Source: Gemmatimonadota bacterium (lineage in GTDB: Bacteria > Gemmatimonadota > Gemmatimonadetes > Longimicrobiales > Gaopeijiaceae). From it: a stretch of 64,000 nucleotides of DNA. The DNA lies in the NCBI GenBank assembly GCA_039589315.1, contig JBDHHQ010000014.1:24125-88124 (forward strand), in the 5' to 3' direction. The position numbers and the translations under genes were made by a program. Position 1 is the first letter of the stretch. Each line of letters starts with the position of its first letter. The notes beneath the pieces were generated by a model. It was not told the DNA's origin. It saw only the letters and a list, made by a program, of their open reading frames with translations, and made no database searches. Of the stretch, positions 19,052 through 28,380 are shown one piece after another.

Positions 19052-19869
19052 TGGAGCCGCCCCTCGACCCCGCCACGGCCGCGGCTCGCGTCCTGGATCA
19101 TCTGGACGCTGGCCGTGCAGTCGCCGTCGTGGTGCGAGTCCCGACGGGAGGGGGGCCCCTGACGGGCCGGCTCCTGGTGCCGACGGCTGGCCCAGTGCAG
19201 GGCACCCTGGGCACCGCCGGCCTGGACCGCCTGGCTGTGGACCTGGCCGAGCGGGCCCTTGATCGGGATGGACCGGGCGAGGGGATCCACAAGCTCGTGC
19301 TGCCGGACGGGGCCGAGGCCGAGGTGTACGTCGAGCTCCATGCCCCCTCCCCCGAGCTGATGATCGTGGGCGCCGGACACATCGCCCAGCCGCTCTCCAC
19401 AGTGGGGGCGCTGCTGGGGTTCCGCGTGGTGGTGCTGGACGACCGACCCGACTTCGCCACCACCCAGCGGTTCCCCGACGCGGCGCGCGTGGCGCGCGTA
19501 GACTTCTCAAACCCGTTCCGGGACCTTCCCGTTGGCCGGAACACGCACGTGGTGCTGGTCACCCGGGGCCACAAGTACGACTACGAGTGCCTTCGACGAC
19601 TCCTGGCCCGGGATCCCCTTCCGGCCTATCTCGGTATGATCGGCAGCCGGCGGCGGGTCAGAGCCACGTTCGCGCAGCTCCTGGACGAGGGCGTCCCGCG
19701 GGACCGCCTGGCCCGGGTGCGAGCGCCAGTGGGGCTGGACCTGAGAGCCCAGACGCCCGCCGAGATCGCGGTCTCGGTGGCCGCGGAGATGGTCGCCTCC
19801 TGGCGCGACGGAACCGGCGAACCCCTCTCCGATCGAGAGCGAGTCTTGGAGCGCTTCTTCCCCGAATGA
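19048..19869 (+). CDS. XdhC-family molybdoenzyme maturation protein (Rossmann C-terminal domain)
   Basis: IVGAGHIAQPL, DDRPDFA, VTRGH, YLGMIGSRRR, APVGLD...TPAEIAVS. Confidence 0.9.
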   Translation: MMEPPLDPATAAARVLDHLDAGRAVAVVVRVPTGGGPLTGRLLVPTAGPVQGTLGTAGLDRLAVDLAERALDRDGPGEGIHKLVLPDGAEAEVYVELHAPSPELMIVGAGHIAQPLSTVGALLGFRVVVLDDRPDFATTQRFPDAARVARVDFSNPFRDLPVGRNTHVVLVTRGHKYDYECLRRLLARDPLPAYLGMIGSRRRVRATFAQLLDEGVPRDRLARVRAPVGLDLRAQTPAEIAVSVAAEMVASWRDGTGEPLSDRERVLERFFPE

Positions 19870-20300
19870 GCCGACACGACGAGAGACCACTGCTCGAAGC
19901 CGTGCGTGACGCGGGCCGCATGGGCCGGCTCTGCGCCCTTGCCACCATCGTGGATACGCGCGGCTCTACGCCCAGAAAGATCGGGACCAAGATGCTGGTC
20001 GATCCGGTTGCCGGGCTGGTGGGCACCGTAGGCGGCGGGTGTGGGGAGGCCGAGGTGATCGAAGCTGCCAACGAGGTCTTGCGCACCGGCTTGCCGCGCA
20101 TGGTTCACGTAGACCTGACGCGGGACCTCATGTCGTGGAGCCCGGCGGTGTGTGGAGGCATCATGCGGGTGCTGGTGGAGCCTGTAGAGCCCGCCATTGC
20201 CGGCCGCCCCAAAGAGCCTGCAGGAGAGGGCGCGGTTGCGGACGTGGATCGGCCGAAAGAGGCGCGAGCCTCGGGTGACGGTCCGGCACCGACCTCCTGA
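19866..20300 (+). CDS. Stand-alone XdhC/CoxI N-terminal domain protein
   Basis: LATIVDTRGSTPRK.G.KMLV, GTVGGGC.E, CGG.M.VLVEP; ATGA overlap. Confidence 0.85.
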   Translation: MSRHDERPLLEAVRDAGRMGRLCALATIVDTRGSTPRKIGTKMLVDPVAGLVGTVGGGCGEAEVIEAANEVLRTGLPRMVHVDLTRDLMSWSPAVCGGIMRVLVEPVEPAIAGRPKEPAGEGAVADVDRPKEARASGDGPAPTS

Positions 20301-20317
20301 CCGCCGTCGGCCGCGCC

Positions 20318-20863
20318 TTGTCCCCACCTCTCGTTCACATCCACTACCTCCGGCCACCCGACCGGACCGACGTCTTCCGCCAGCACCTGATCCTGGACCG
20401 GGACGACGTGAAGGTCACTCTGGCCCAGGACCTCGCATTCGATCCGCCCATCGAGATCGAGGGCGCCATCGCTCTCGAGACGGGCTCGTCGGCGGTCTGG
20501 TTCACGTTCCCCGAGACGTGGCACGACATCGGTATCTTCCACCGCGCTGACGGCACCTTCACGGGCACCTACGCCAACATCCTCACGCCACCGGTCTTCG
20601 AGGCCGGCCACGTCTGGCGCACCACGGACCTGTACCTCGACGTCTGGATCGAACCGGGCGGGCGACTGTGGGTCCTGGACCGGGAGCAGTTCGACGAGGC
20701 GGTGGCGGCTGATTGGATCGACGCCGAGACGGCCGTGCGGGCCCTCAGCGAGGTCGAGGCGATCGTCACGGAGTACGGAACCGGCCGCTGGCCTCCCCCG
20801 GTCGTGGGGGAATGGACCTTGGACCGCGCCATCCAAGCGGCCTCAGCGACGAACCACCCCTAG
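20318..20863 (+). CDS. DUF402-domain protein (FomD/Ntdp-like phosphohydrolase fold)
   Basis: G.YANILTP, DLYLDVWI, VLDREQFDEA; TTG start. Confidence 0.8.
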   Translation: MSPPLVHIHYLRPPDRTDVFRQHLILDRDDVKVTLAQDLAFDPPIEIEGAIALETGSSAVWFTFPETWHDIGIFHRADGTFTGTYANILTPPVFEAGHVWRTTDLYLDVWIEPGGRLWVLDREQFDEAVAADWIDAETAVRALSEVEAIVTEYGTGRWPPPVVGEWTLDRAIQAASATNHP

Positions 20864-21060
20864 GCATCCACCACGTACGCAGCGCAGAGGCGGTTCATGT
20901 CGACGTGCATCCGGGTCAACACGAACGGATCTTCCTGCAGGCAGTCCAACAGGCGCTCGTAGCGTCCCAACGCCTCGACGGGAATGGCCACGTCTTCGTG
21001 GTGATAGGCGCCCCCGTCAACGAAGACGAGTCGGACGGTCTGGGTCGCGATTCCGGTCAT
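20860..21060 (-). CDS. Small hypothetical protein (66 aa)
   Basis: MTGIATQTVRLVFVDGGAYHHEDV...RLCAAYVVDA; ATGA overlap with the VKOR stop, AGGAG RBS, protein-like composition. Confidence 0.7.
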   Translation of the reverse strand: MTGIATQTVRLVFVDGGAYHHEDVAIPVEALGRYERLLDCLQEDPFVLTRMHVDMNRLCAAYVVDA

Positions 21061-21542
21061 GAGGAGCCTCGCGTTCTCTCGAGCTCCGGCAAGGAAGCCA
21101 CGAAACAGAGGGTGATGATCACCGCGGAAATGACGCACCACTGGCACCAGGCGTGGATGACCGCGGCCTCCAGGTATGTCAGGTAGGCGCTGAACGCGAC
21201 GCCCAGGGTCGTGCCGGCCAGGAGCAGCAGGGCAATGTGCGAAGACGACGCGAAGCGGCTCTGGAGCCCCATGAGCGACACCAAGAGAAGCGCGGCGGAG
21301 CCCAGGGCCCCGATGCCGGAGACAGGCATGGGGCCGACCCACGCGTACTTGCTCGCCAGCACCACCCCGCAGTCCCCGACCCCGCAGACGAGGGGTCCCC
21401 CCAGGCCCAGGCTATGGGACAGCAGGTACAGGGACACCAAGAGTGCCACGAGGGACAGGAGCGCCACGGCCATGCGGTTGGCCGGCGGGGAGGTCGCCGA
21501 CTCGTCGACCTCCTCGATGGTATCGTCCACGCCGAGCGTCAC
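21057..21542 (-). CDS. Vitamin K epoxide reductase (VKOR) family protein
   Basis: LVCGVGDC..VLAS.YA, PVS..G, AWCQWC active-site CxxC; GTGA overlap with the DsbA stop. Confidence 0.9.
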   Translation of the reverse strand: MTLGVDDTIEEVDESATSPPANRMAVALLSLVALLVSLYLLSHSLGLGGPLVCGVGDCGVVLASKYAWVGPMPVSGIGALGSAALLLVSLMGLQSRFASSSHIALLLLAGTTLGVAFSAYLTYLEAAVIHAWCQWCVISAVIITLCFVASLPELERTRGSS

Positions 21543-22303
21543 TGACTCGCCAGCGCTCCCTCGACGGCCTCCTGAATCGTGGGCCAGCCGAAGTCGGACA
21601 GGCGGATCGGCATGGATCCCTCCGGCACGACCATGAGCGTTGGCGTAGCGTTGACCCGCAGCTCGTTGCCCAGCCGGATGTTCGCCGTCACCACGTCGGC
21701 GTGCCGGTCGCTGTCCAGGCAAGCCGCGAACGTGGACTCGTCCAACCCCAGGTCCGCGGCGGAGCTTCGGAAGCCCCGGCCGGCGGAGTTGCTGAACTGC
21801 CACTCACCCTGGGTCTGGAACAGCCGGTCGTGGAAGTCCCAATAACGATCCTGCTCACCGGCACACCGGGCGGCTCGGGCAGCGAGGAACGCGTTCTGGT
21901 GCTGCTGGAGAGGGTAGTCGTAGAAGATGTACTTGACCTTGCCGGTCTCGACGTAGGCCAGGTCGAGCTGGGGCTTTACCTGGCCGGCGAAGACCTGGCA
22001 AGCCGGACACTGGTAGTCGGCGAACTCCCAGATGGCGACGGTCGCGTCCGGGTTCCCGTACTCCACGCCCTTGGCCATTTCCAGGAGCGTGGTCGGGTCA
22101 TCCAGGCCCTCCACCTCCACCGGCGCCGTGACCGCGCTGCTGGTGGCGCCGGAAAAGAGCGAGTAGCCGACAACACCGACGCCCACCAACGCGACCAGGG
22201 CCAGCACCATGTAGAAACGCTTCATGTCGTTTCCGCCGGTCGACCCGCTCCGCTTCTCGGCCCGCTGGGCCGAGCGACTCTTCTTACGTTTGCTAGAAGC
22301 CAC
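21539..22303 (-). CDS. Membrane-anchored DsbA-family thiol:disulfide oxidoreductase
   Basis: EFADYQCPAC, YPL..H, AARAARCA.EQ, cis-Pro ATPT; start uncertain. Confidence 0.9.
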   Translation of the reverse strand: MASSKRKKSRSAQRAEKRSGSTGGNDMKRFYMVLALVALVGVGVVGYSLFSGATSSAVTAPVEVEGLDDPTTLLEMAKGVEYGNPDATVAIWEFADYQCPACQVFAGQVKPQLDLAYVETGKVKYIFYDYPLQQHQNAFLAARAARCAGEQDRYWDFHDRLFQTQGEWQFSNSAGRGFRSSAADLGLDESTFAACLDSDRHADVVTANIRLGNELRVNATPTLMVVPEGSMPIRLSDFGWPTIQEAVEGALASQ

Positions 22304-22420
22304 CTGCCTGCTCCCGTGAAAAAACGACGAGACCACCGGCCTCACGCCGGCGGCAGAGGTCCCCCTGAAGACGGATCCAGAAGATATCGTCCCGCCCGGA
22401 AGATGGTTCCCCTTACCCCG

Positions 22421-23104
22421 TCAGTCCAGAATCACCTCCAACACCCGATCGGTGTCGGTGAAGTCACTGAAGGTGTGATCCGCCCCTGCCGCCTCCAGGT
22501 CCTCGACGCCGAAGTTGCCCGTGGCCACGGCCACGGTGCGGATGCCCTCGACCCGGCCACACTCCACGTCCCGGGGTGTGTCACCGAGGATGACCGCGTC
22601 ACCGGCGGAGAAGTCCACGCCCCAGGTGTCCCGCGCCCGCTGCATGGCGATCCCGGGGAGGTGGTTGCGGAACTCGTGGTCCGAGCCATATCCGCCCACC
22701 GGGAAGTAGCCCTCCAGTCCCACGGATCGGAGCTTGAGGCGCGCCCCGCGGGCGATGTTGCCCGTAACCAGGCCCAGGGCCACGTCCTCGAGTGCCCCCA
22801 AAACGGACAGCAGGTCCGTCACCGACGGCAGCGTGTACATGGGCGTGTGGATCAACCGGCATTCGAGCTCTGACAGGTACCGTTCCCACAGGACCGGGAA
22901 CCCCCTGTCGATCTCCAGGTCGCTCAGGCCCGCGTTGTGCAGGAGCTCCCGTGCGATCTGCGGATCCGTCTTGCCCGAGAAGTCGTGCACTTCGATCGAG
23001 CCGGCCGTTCCGAACGTCTCGACCATGGCCAGCTGAAAGGACTCCTTGGCGGGGCCGCCCCGCACGAGCGTGCCATCGATGTCGAACAGCAGGAGTTTGC
23101 GCAC
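22421..23104 (-). CDS. HAD-superfamily hydrolase
   Basis: LFDIDGTL, LVTGN, GDTPRDV. Confidence 0.9.
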   Translation of the reverse strand: MRKLLLFDIDGTLVRGGPAKESFQLAMVETFGTAGSIEVHDFSGKTDPQIARELLHNAGLSDLEIDRGFPVLWERYLSELECRLIHTPMYTLPSVTDLLSVLGALEDVALGLVTGNIARGARLKLRSVGLEGYFPVGGYGSDHEFRNHLPGIAMQRARDTWGVDFSAGDAVILGDTPRDVECGRVEGIRTVAVATGNFGVEDLEAAGADHTFSDFTDTDRVLEVILD

Positions 23105-23147
23105 TGGCCGGGCGTCTCGGCGTCGATGGAGTGAAGTGGGCGGGCCG

Positions 23148-24146
23148 CTAGACCAGGGCCTTGAGGATCGAGGGGTCCAAGTTGCCGCCGCTGAGGACGG
23201 CCGCATTCCGCTCGCCCGGCTCGACGCGCCCACTGCGCAAGGCCGCCACGGTGGCGGCCCCGGAATACTCCACGACGAGCTTGATCTCCGTGATGAGCAT
23301 GCGGGCCGCGTCCCGGATCGCCTGGTCCGTGACAGTGACCACTTCGTCCACGAGCTCCCGGACGTGGAGGAAGGTCAGCGCACCGGCCTGTACGGGCGCC
23401 AGGCCATCGGCGATGGTGTCGATCCGGTCGAGCGGCACCAGGCCCCCCGCCTCCAAGGCGGCCTTCATGGAAGCCGCCCCCTCCGGCTCCACCCCCACGA
23501 TCCGGACACCTGGGAGCAGTCCCCGGAGGGCGGCGGCGCCGCCGCTGATCAATCCACCGCCGCCGATGGGGAACAACACCGTGTCCACGTCCGGCCACGC
23601 GTCGGCGATCTCCAAGCCGGCCGTGCCCTGACCGGCGATGATGCGCGGGTGGTCGAATGGTGGGACCATGGCCAGGCCACGCTCCGCCGCGATCTCCTCC
23701 GCCCGTGCCTGCCGCTCGAGCGAGGTTGTCCCCTCGAGCACGACCTCGGCGCCCAATCGGGCCGCGCCCGCCTGTTTTACGGCCGGGGCCGTCGTGGGCA
23801 TGACGACTACGGCGTCCACGTCGTGGAGGCGCGCCGCCAGCGCCATGGCCTGAGCATGGTTGCCGGACGAATAGGTGATGACCCCGCGCTCGATCTCGTC
23901 CGGCGGGAGCTGGGCTACGTAGTTATACGCGCCGCGGGCCTTGAAGGAGCCCGTGCGCTGGAGGTTCTCGCACTTGAGGCGAACCTCGGCCCCGAGCTCG
24001 TCTGACAGCAGGGGCGCCGGCAACAACGGGGTTTCCACCACGACGCCCCGGAGCCGGTCGGCCGCGTGCCGTACGGCCGCGAGGTCGACCAGCTCGGACG
24101 CGGCGCGCTGGCCGTTCAGGGTCACACCCATTCGTTCGCCCATCAC
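23148..24146 (-). CDS. PLP-dependent threonine/serine dehydratase (no ACT domain)
   Basis: [41 protein letters not shown]. Confidence 0.92.
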   Translation of the reverse strand: MMGERMGVTLNGQRAASELVDLAAVRHAADRLRGVVVETPLLPAPLLSDELGAEVRLKCENLQRTGSFKARGAYNYVAQLPPDEIERGVITYSSGNHAQAMALAARLHDVDAVVVMPTTAPAVKQAGAARLGAEVVLEGTTSLERQARAEEIAAERGLAMVPPFDHPRIIAGQGTAGLEIADAWPDVDTVLFPIGGGGLISGGAAALRGLLPGVRIVGVEPEGAASMKAALEAGGLVPLDRIDTIADGLAPVQAGALTFLHVRELVDEVVTVTDQAIRDAARMLITEIKLVVEYSGAATVAALRSGRVEPGERNAAVLSGGNLDPSILKALV

Positions 24147-26650
24147 TCGGCCTCGGCGTCGCCTGCCGTTGCCTCGGCCGCTTCGCTGGAAACAGCCGGG
24201 CCTTCCTGGGAGCCGTCCTCTTCGTCTGGGATTACCCTGGCCACGTCCATCACGACGTCGCCTTCGTCGAGGTTCATGAGCTTGACCCCCTGGGTAGCCC
24301 GCCCGATGACCCGGACCTCGTCGATGCGCTGCCGGTTGATCACCCCCTTCCGGGTGATCAGCATGACTTCATCCGAGTCCAGCACACCTTTGATTGAGAT
24401 GACCTTCCCGGTCTTCTCCGACGTCTTGAGGTTGATCACGCCCTTCCCACCGCGCTTCTGCAAGCGGTAGGCGTCGATGTCGCTGCGCTTGCCCATGCCA
24501 TTCTCGGCAACGACCAGAAGGGTGGCACCCTCCGTGCGGGTGACCACCATTCCCACCACCCGGTCGTCTTCGGAGAGGTGGATCCCCCGTACGCCTCCGG
24601 TGGCCCGGCCCATGGACCGCGCGTCCTGCTCGTTGAAGCGGATGGCCTTGCCGTTCCGGGTGGCCAGTACCACCTCGTTGTCCCCATCCGTGATCTGCAC
24701 GTCGATGAGTTCGTCGCCCTCACGGATGTTGATCGCGTTGAGGCTCACCGAGCGCATATTGCCGTACGCGGACAGGGCCGTCTTCTTCACCACGCCGTTT
24801 CGTGTGCAGAAGAAAAGGGACTGGTCGTCCCGGAACTCGCGAACCGGTACGACGGCCGCGATCTGCTCGTCCTCCGACACGTTGAGCAGGTTGACGATGG
24901 GCTTGCCTCGCGAGCTGCGGCCTGCTTGTGGGATCTGCCAGACCTTCAGCCAGCGGCATTGGCCGTCCCGGGTGAAGATCATGATGACGTCGTGGGTGGA
25001 CGCGACGAACAGGTGCTCGACCCAATCCTCTTCCTTGGTCCCCATCCCCTGAAGACCCCGGCCGCCGCGGCGCTGGGATCGGTAGGTGTCCACGCCGATT
25101 CGCTTGATGTAGCCCTGATGAGAGACTGTGAGGACCATGTCCTCTTCGACGATCAAGTCCTCGATGTTGAAGGTCGACAGGTCCCCGACGATCTCGGATC
25201 GACGGTCATCCCCAAACTTCCTGGCCACCTCCTGGAGCTCCTCCACGATGATGTCGAAGCGCTTCTCCCGGCTGCCCAGAATCTCCTGAAGCTCGGCAAT
25301 GGCGGCGCGGATCTCTTCGAGCTCGGCATCGAGCTTGGCCATCTCGAGACCGGTGAGGCGCCCGAGGCGCATCTGCAGAATCGCGTCGGCCTGCAGCTCG
25401 CTCAGCTCGAACCGCTGGCGCAGGCGAAGCGACGCCTCGTCGGTGTCTTGCGAGCTCCGGATGATGGCCACGACCTCGTCGATGTTGTCGACGGCGATCT
25501 TGAGGCCCTCCAGGATGTGCTCCCGGGCCTGGGCCTTGCCCAGGTCGAACTCGCTCCGCTTCACCACCACCTCGTGTCGGTGGTCGATGAAGCGCTGGAG
25601 CATCTGCCTCAGGGTGAGGACCCGGGGCACCCCGCCCACCAGCGCCAGCAGGATGGTGCCGAAGGTGGACTGCATCTGGGTGTGCTTGTACAGACGGTTC
25701 AGCACGACCTCGGGCACGGCGTCCCGCTTCAGCTCGATCACGACGCGGAGACCGTCACGGTCCGATTCGTCCCGCATGTCGCGGATGCTGGTCAGCTTCT
25801 TGTCCCGCACGAGCTGGGCAATCTGCTCTATGAGGCGGGACTTGTTGACCATGAACGGGATCTCGTGGACGATGATCCGCTCCGTGTCTTCGTCCACCGA
25901 CTCGATCTCGGCCTTGGCCCGCATGATGACCCGGCCCCGGCCCGTCCGGTACGCCTCCTCGATTCCTTCCCGGCCGCATATGTAGCCGCCCGTGGGGAAG
26001 TCAGGACCCGGCACCAGCGCCTCGAGCTCCTCCTGGGGCAGGTTGGGATCCCGGATCAACGCAACGGCCGCGGCGACGACCTCGCGCAGGTTGTGGGGCG
26101 GGATGTTGGTGGCCATGCCAACGGCAATGCCAGAGCTGCCGTTGATGAGGAGGTTGGGGATCTTGGAGGGGAGGACCGTGGGCTCGTTGAGGCGGCCGTC
26201 GAAGTTCGGAATGAAGCCGACGGTCGCTTTGTCGATGTCCTCGAGGAGCTCGCCGGCCACCGCCATGAGGCGGGCCTCGGTGTACCGGTAGGCAGCGGCC
26301 GAGTCCCCGTCGATGGACCCGAAGTTTCCCTGACCGTCCACCAGTGGATACCTCAGCGAGAAGTCCTGCGCCATCCGGACGAGAGAGTCGTAGACGGCAG
26401 AGTCCCCATGGGGGTGGTACTTGCCGAGCACGTCACCCACCACGGTGGCGCTCTTCTTGTACGGCCGGCTGGGACCCAGGCCCAGCTCGTTCATCGCATA
26501 CAGGATGCGCCTGTGCACGGGCTTCAGGCCGTCCCGGACATCGGGCAGGGCACGTTGCACGATGACGCTCATCGAGTAGTCGATGAACGACTCCCGCATC
26601 TCGTCCTCGAGGAGACGCGAGACGACCTTCTCTCCAGTGGGACTATCCAT
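24143..26650 (-). CDS. gyrA: DNA gyrase subunit A
   Basis: [31 protein letters not shown], GyrA-box QRRGGRG, acidic tail. Confidence 0.97.
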   Translation of the reverse strand: MDSPTGEKVVSRLLEDEMRESFIDYSMSVIVQRALPDVRDGLKPVHRRILYAMNELGLGPSRPYKKSATVVGDVLGKYHPHGDSAVYDSLVRMAQDFSLRYPLVDGQGNFGSIDGDSAAAYRYTEARLMAVAGELLEDIDKATVGFIPNFDGRLNEPTVLPSKIPNLLINGSSGIAVGMATNIPPHNLREVVAAAVALIRDPNLPQEELEALVPGPDFPTGGYICGREGIEEAYRTGRGRVIMRAKAEIESVDEDTERIIVHEIPFMVNKSRLIEQIAQLVRDKKLTSIRDMRDESDRDGLRVVIELKRDAVPEVVLNRLYKHTQMQSTFGTILLALVGGVPRVLTLRQMLQRFIDHRHEVVVKRSEFDLGKAQAREHILEGLKIAVDNIDEVVAIIRSSQDTDEASLRLRQRFELSELQADAILQMRLGRLTGLEMAKLDAELEEIRAAIAELQEILGSREKRFDIIVEELQEVARKFGDDRRSEIVGDLSTFNIEDLIVEEDMVLTVSHQGYIKRIGVDTYRSQRRGGRGLQGMGTKEEDWVEHLFVASTHDVIMIFTRDGQCRWLKVWQIPQAGRSSRGKPIVNLLNVSEDEQIAAVVPVREFRDDQSLFFCTRNGVVKKTALSAYGNMRSVSLNAINIREGDELIDVQITDGDNEVVLATRNGKAIRFNEQDARSMGRATGGVRGIHLSEDDRVVGMVVTRTEGATLLVVAENGMGKRSDIDAYRLQKRGGKGVINLKTSEKTGKVISIKGVLDSDEVMLITRKGVINRQRIDEVRVIGRATQGVKLMNLDEGDVVMDVARVIPDEEDGSQEGPAVSSEAAEATAGDAEAE

Positions 26651-26852
26651 CGGCTATCGAATCCGCGTTTCTCGACCGGCGGCGCGCGTCGTCGTCGGTT
26701 CGGTTATGAGACTCGGCTCCCGCACACACGACGCGCCGGGCCTCGCCCCGAGGCGAAGTCCGGCGACGTCCAGTGCGGTTCGTCGTTCCTGCTTCGGTCG
26801 TTCGCAGCAACTGCTCCCGTTACGGCGTGCCCGCTGATCCAACCCCCGGCTG

Positions 26853-27209
26853 TCAGTTGGCCTCGGTCTCCGCGGGCCAGTAGATCGCCCGGGCCCGGCC
26901 AATGAGACCTTCCTCGGTGTCGGTGACGGCCGACAGGTCCTGAGGTGCCGAGATGCCCTCGAGGATGATGGCGTCGGCACCCAGCTCCGCGGCTTCGGTG
27001 CGCAGCATCTGGATCATGTCCTCGGTGGACGTGCCGATGGGCGCTCGGACGGTCACCGGGCCGATCACCTTGAATCCCTCGTCGGCCGCCTGCCCCATGG
27101 CCGGGTTGATGACCGCTACTTCCTCCGGACCGGCCTTGGGGGGAAGGCTCACTCCGGCGCAAGCCCCGAGCGTGAATGCGGCGAACAAGGCGATCAGCAT
27201 GACCTTCAT
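26853..27209 (-). CDS. Small lipoprotein, YbjQ/dodecin-like fold candidate
   Basis: Lipobox LGAC; LRTEAAELGADAII; GGAGG RBS. Confidence 0.75.
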   Translation of the reverse strand: MKVMLIALFAAFTLGACAGVSLPPKAGPEEVAVINPAMGQAADEGFKVIGPVTVRAPIGTSTEDMIQMLRTEAAELGADAIILEGISAPQDLSAVTDTEEGLIGRARAIYWPAETEAN

Positions 27210-27362
27210 CGTACTGCCTCCATAGGATGGGTCCGGGTGGTACAATCGCCTCGGGGACGGGTGGTCGATTCCGCCCCCGATCCAACGGTTCCGCAATTCT
27301 GTATAAGTCGTTGAAAAATAAGGGTTGTTGCCTATCTCAGCAAGCGACCGAGCGAGCCTGGA

Positions 27363-28352
27363 TCAGGCCACCGCGATCGCCTCGCCCGGCTCCTCCAGTC
27401 CCATCTCCGCCAGGGCCTCCCGCACCTCCGTTCGGGCTCCGGCTCGACCGACCGCAATCAACACGGGGTGGCCTGCGAATCGGGACACGGCGGAGGGCGG
27501 CACGACGGGAGCACCGTGGATCTCCTGACCTAGTTTTCGGGGGTCCAGGTCGACCCAAGCCGCCACCCCGCAGCCGGCTTCCATGAGCTCCCGTCCGAAG
27601 GCCTTGCCGGTGGGTCCGGCGCCCCAGATCACGACGCTGCGTGCTTCCTTCAGACGCGTTCGCATCAGGTAGTGGACCTTGCACCGACGGAAGGCCTCCG
27701 GGGCGTACACCGGATCCGTCCTGGAATGGCGTCCCGGGCCTTCACGCCAGCCGTGCAGCGTTTCTGGCACGACGCCCAGCCTGTATCCCCTGGACCACAG
27801 CCGCAGCAACAGGTCGTAGTCCTCGGGCCACCCCCGGTCCACGTAGCCCCCGACCTCGTCCACGGCGGCGGCACGCATGAAGAAGGTGGGATGGCCGAGC
27901 GGGCACTCGACGAAGAGGTCCCGCTCGAGGTCCGATGGTCCTTGCATGCTGTTGAGCCACGCCTGGTACCGGAGGGCGCCGTCCCGGACCAGCTCGGCTG
28001 GGAAGTAGCGGACGTGCGTCCCGCACAGGGCCACGCCCGGGTCGGCCTCCATGAGATCCGCCTGCCGCGTGAGCCGACTCGCGGCGGCCACGTCGTCCGC
28101 GTCCATCCGGGCCAGATACCGTCCTCGGGCGGTGGCCCGGCCGGCCTCGAGCGCGGCTACCAACCCGAGAGGCTCCTGACGCAGCACGCGGACCCGGGCG
28201 TCGCGAGCCGACCAGTCAGCCAACGCGTCGGGCGTGTCGTCGGTGGAGCCGTCGTCCACCGCGATGACCTCGAAGTCGGCGTAGGTCTGGGCGGACAGCG
28301 ATGCGGCGGCCTCGACCAGGTGCGGCATTCCATCCCGCACCGGCAGGAGCAC
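27363..28352 (-). CDS. Family 2 glycosyltransferase with C-terminal Rossmann-like domain
   Basis: VDDGSTD, ARMDADD, GWPEDY, VIWGAG; the frame stays open upstream, so the true start may be CTG at 28391. Confidence 0.9.
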   Translation of the reverse strand: MLLPVRDGMPHLVEAAASLSAQTYADFEVIAVDDGSTDDTPDALADWSARDARVRVLRQEPLGLVAALEAGRATARGRYLARMDADDVAAASRLTRQADLMEADPGVALCGTHVRYFPAELVRDGALRYQAWLNSMQGPSDLERDLFVECPLGHPTFFMRAAAVDEVGGYVDRGWPEDYDLLLRLWSRGYRLGVVPETLHGWREGPGRHSRTDPVYAPEAFRRCKVHYLMRTRLKEARSVVIWGAGPTGKAFGRELMEAGCGVAAWVDLDPRKLGQEIHGAPVVPPSAVSRFAGHPVLIAVGRAGARTEVREALAEMGLEEPGEAIAVA

Positions 28353-28380
28353 CGAGACCGGCGGTGCCCGGCGCGAATCG

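Noticed and set aside
24143..26650. gyrA without adjacent gyrB, possibly parC
   Set aside because: The GyrA-box QRRGGRG and acidic tail identify GyrA; separation from gyrB is common
27296..27330. AT-rich patch TATAAGTCGTTGAAAAATAAGGGTTG as a dif site or origin
   Set aside because: Does not match XerC/D arms and has no DnaA-box cluster; more like an IHF-type or promoter-upstream element
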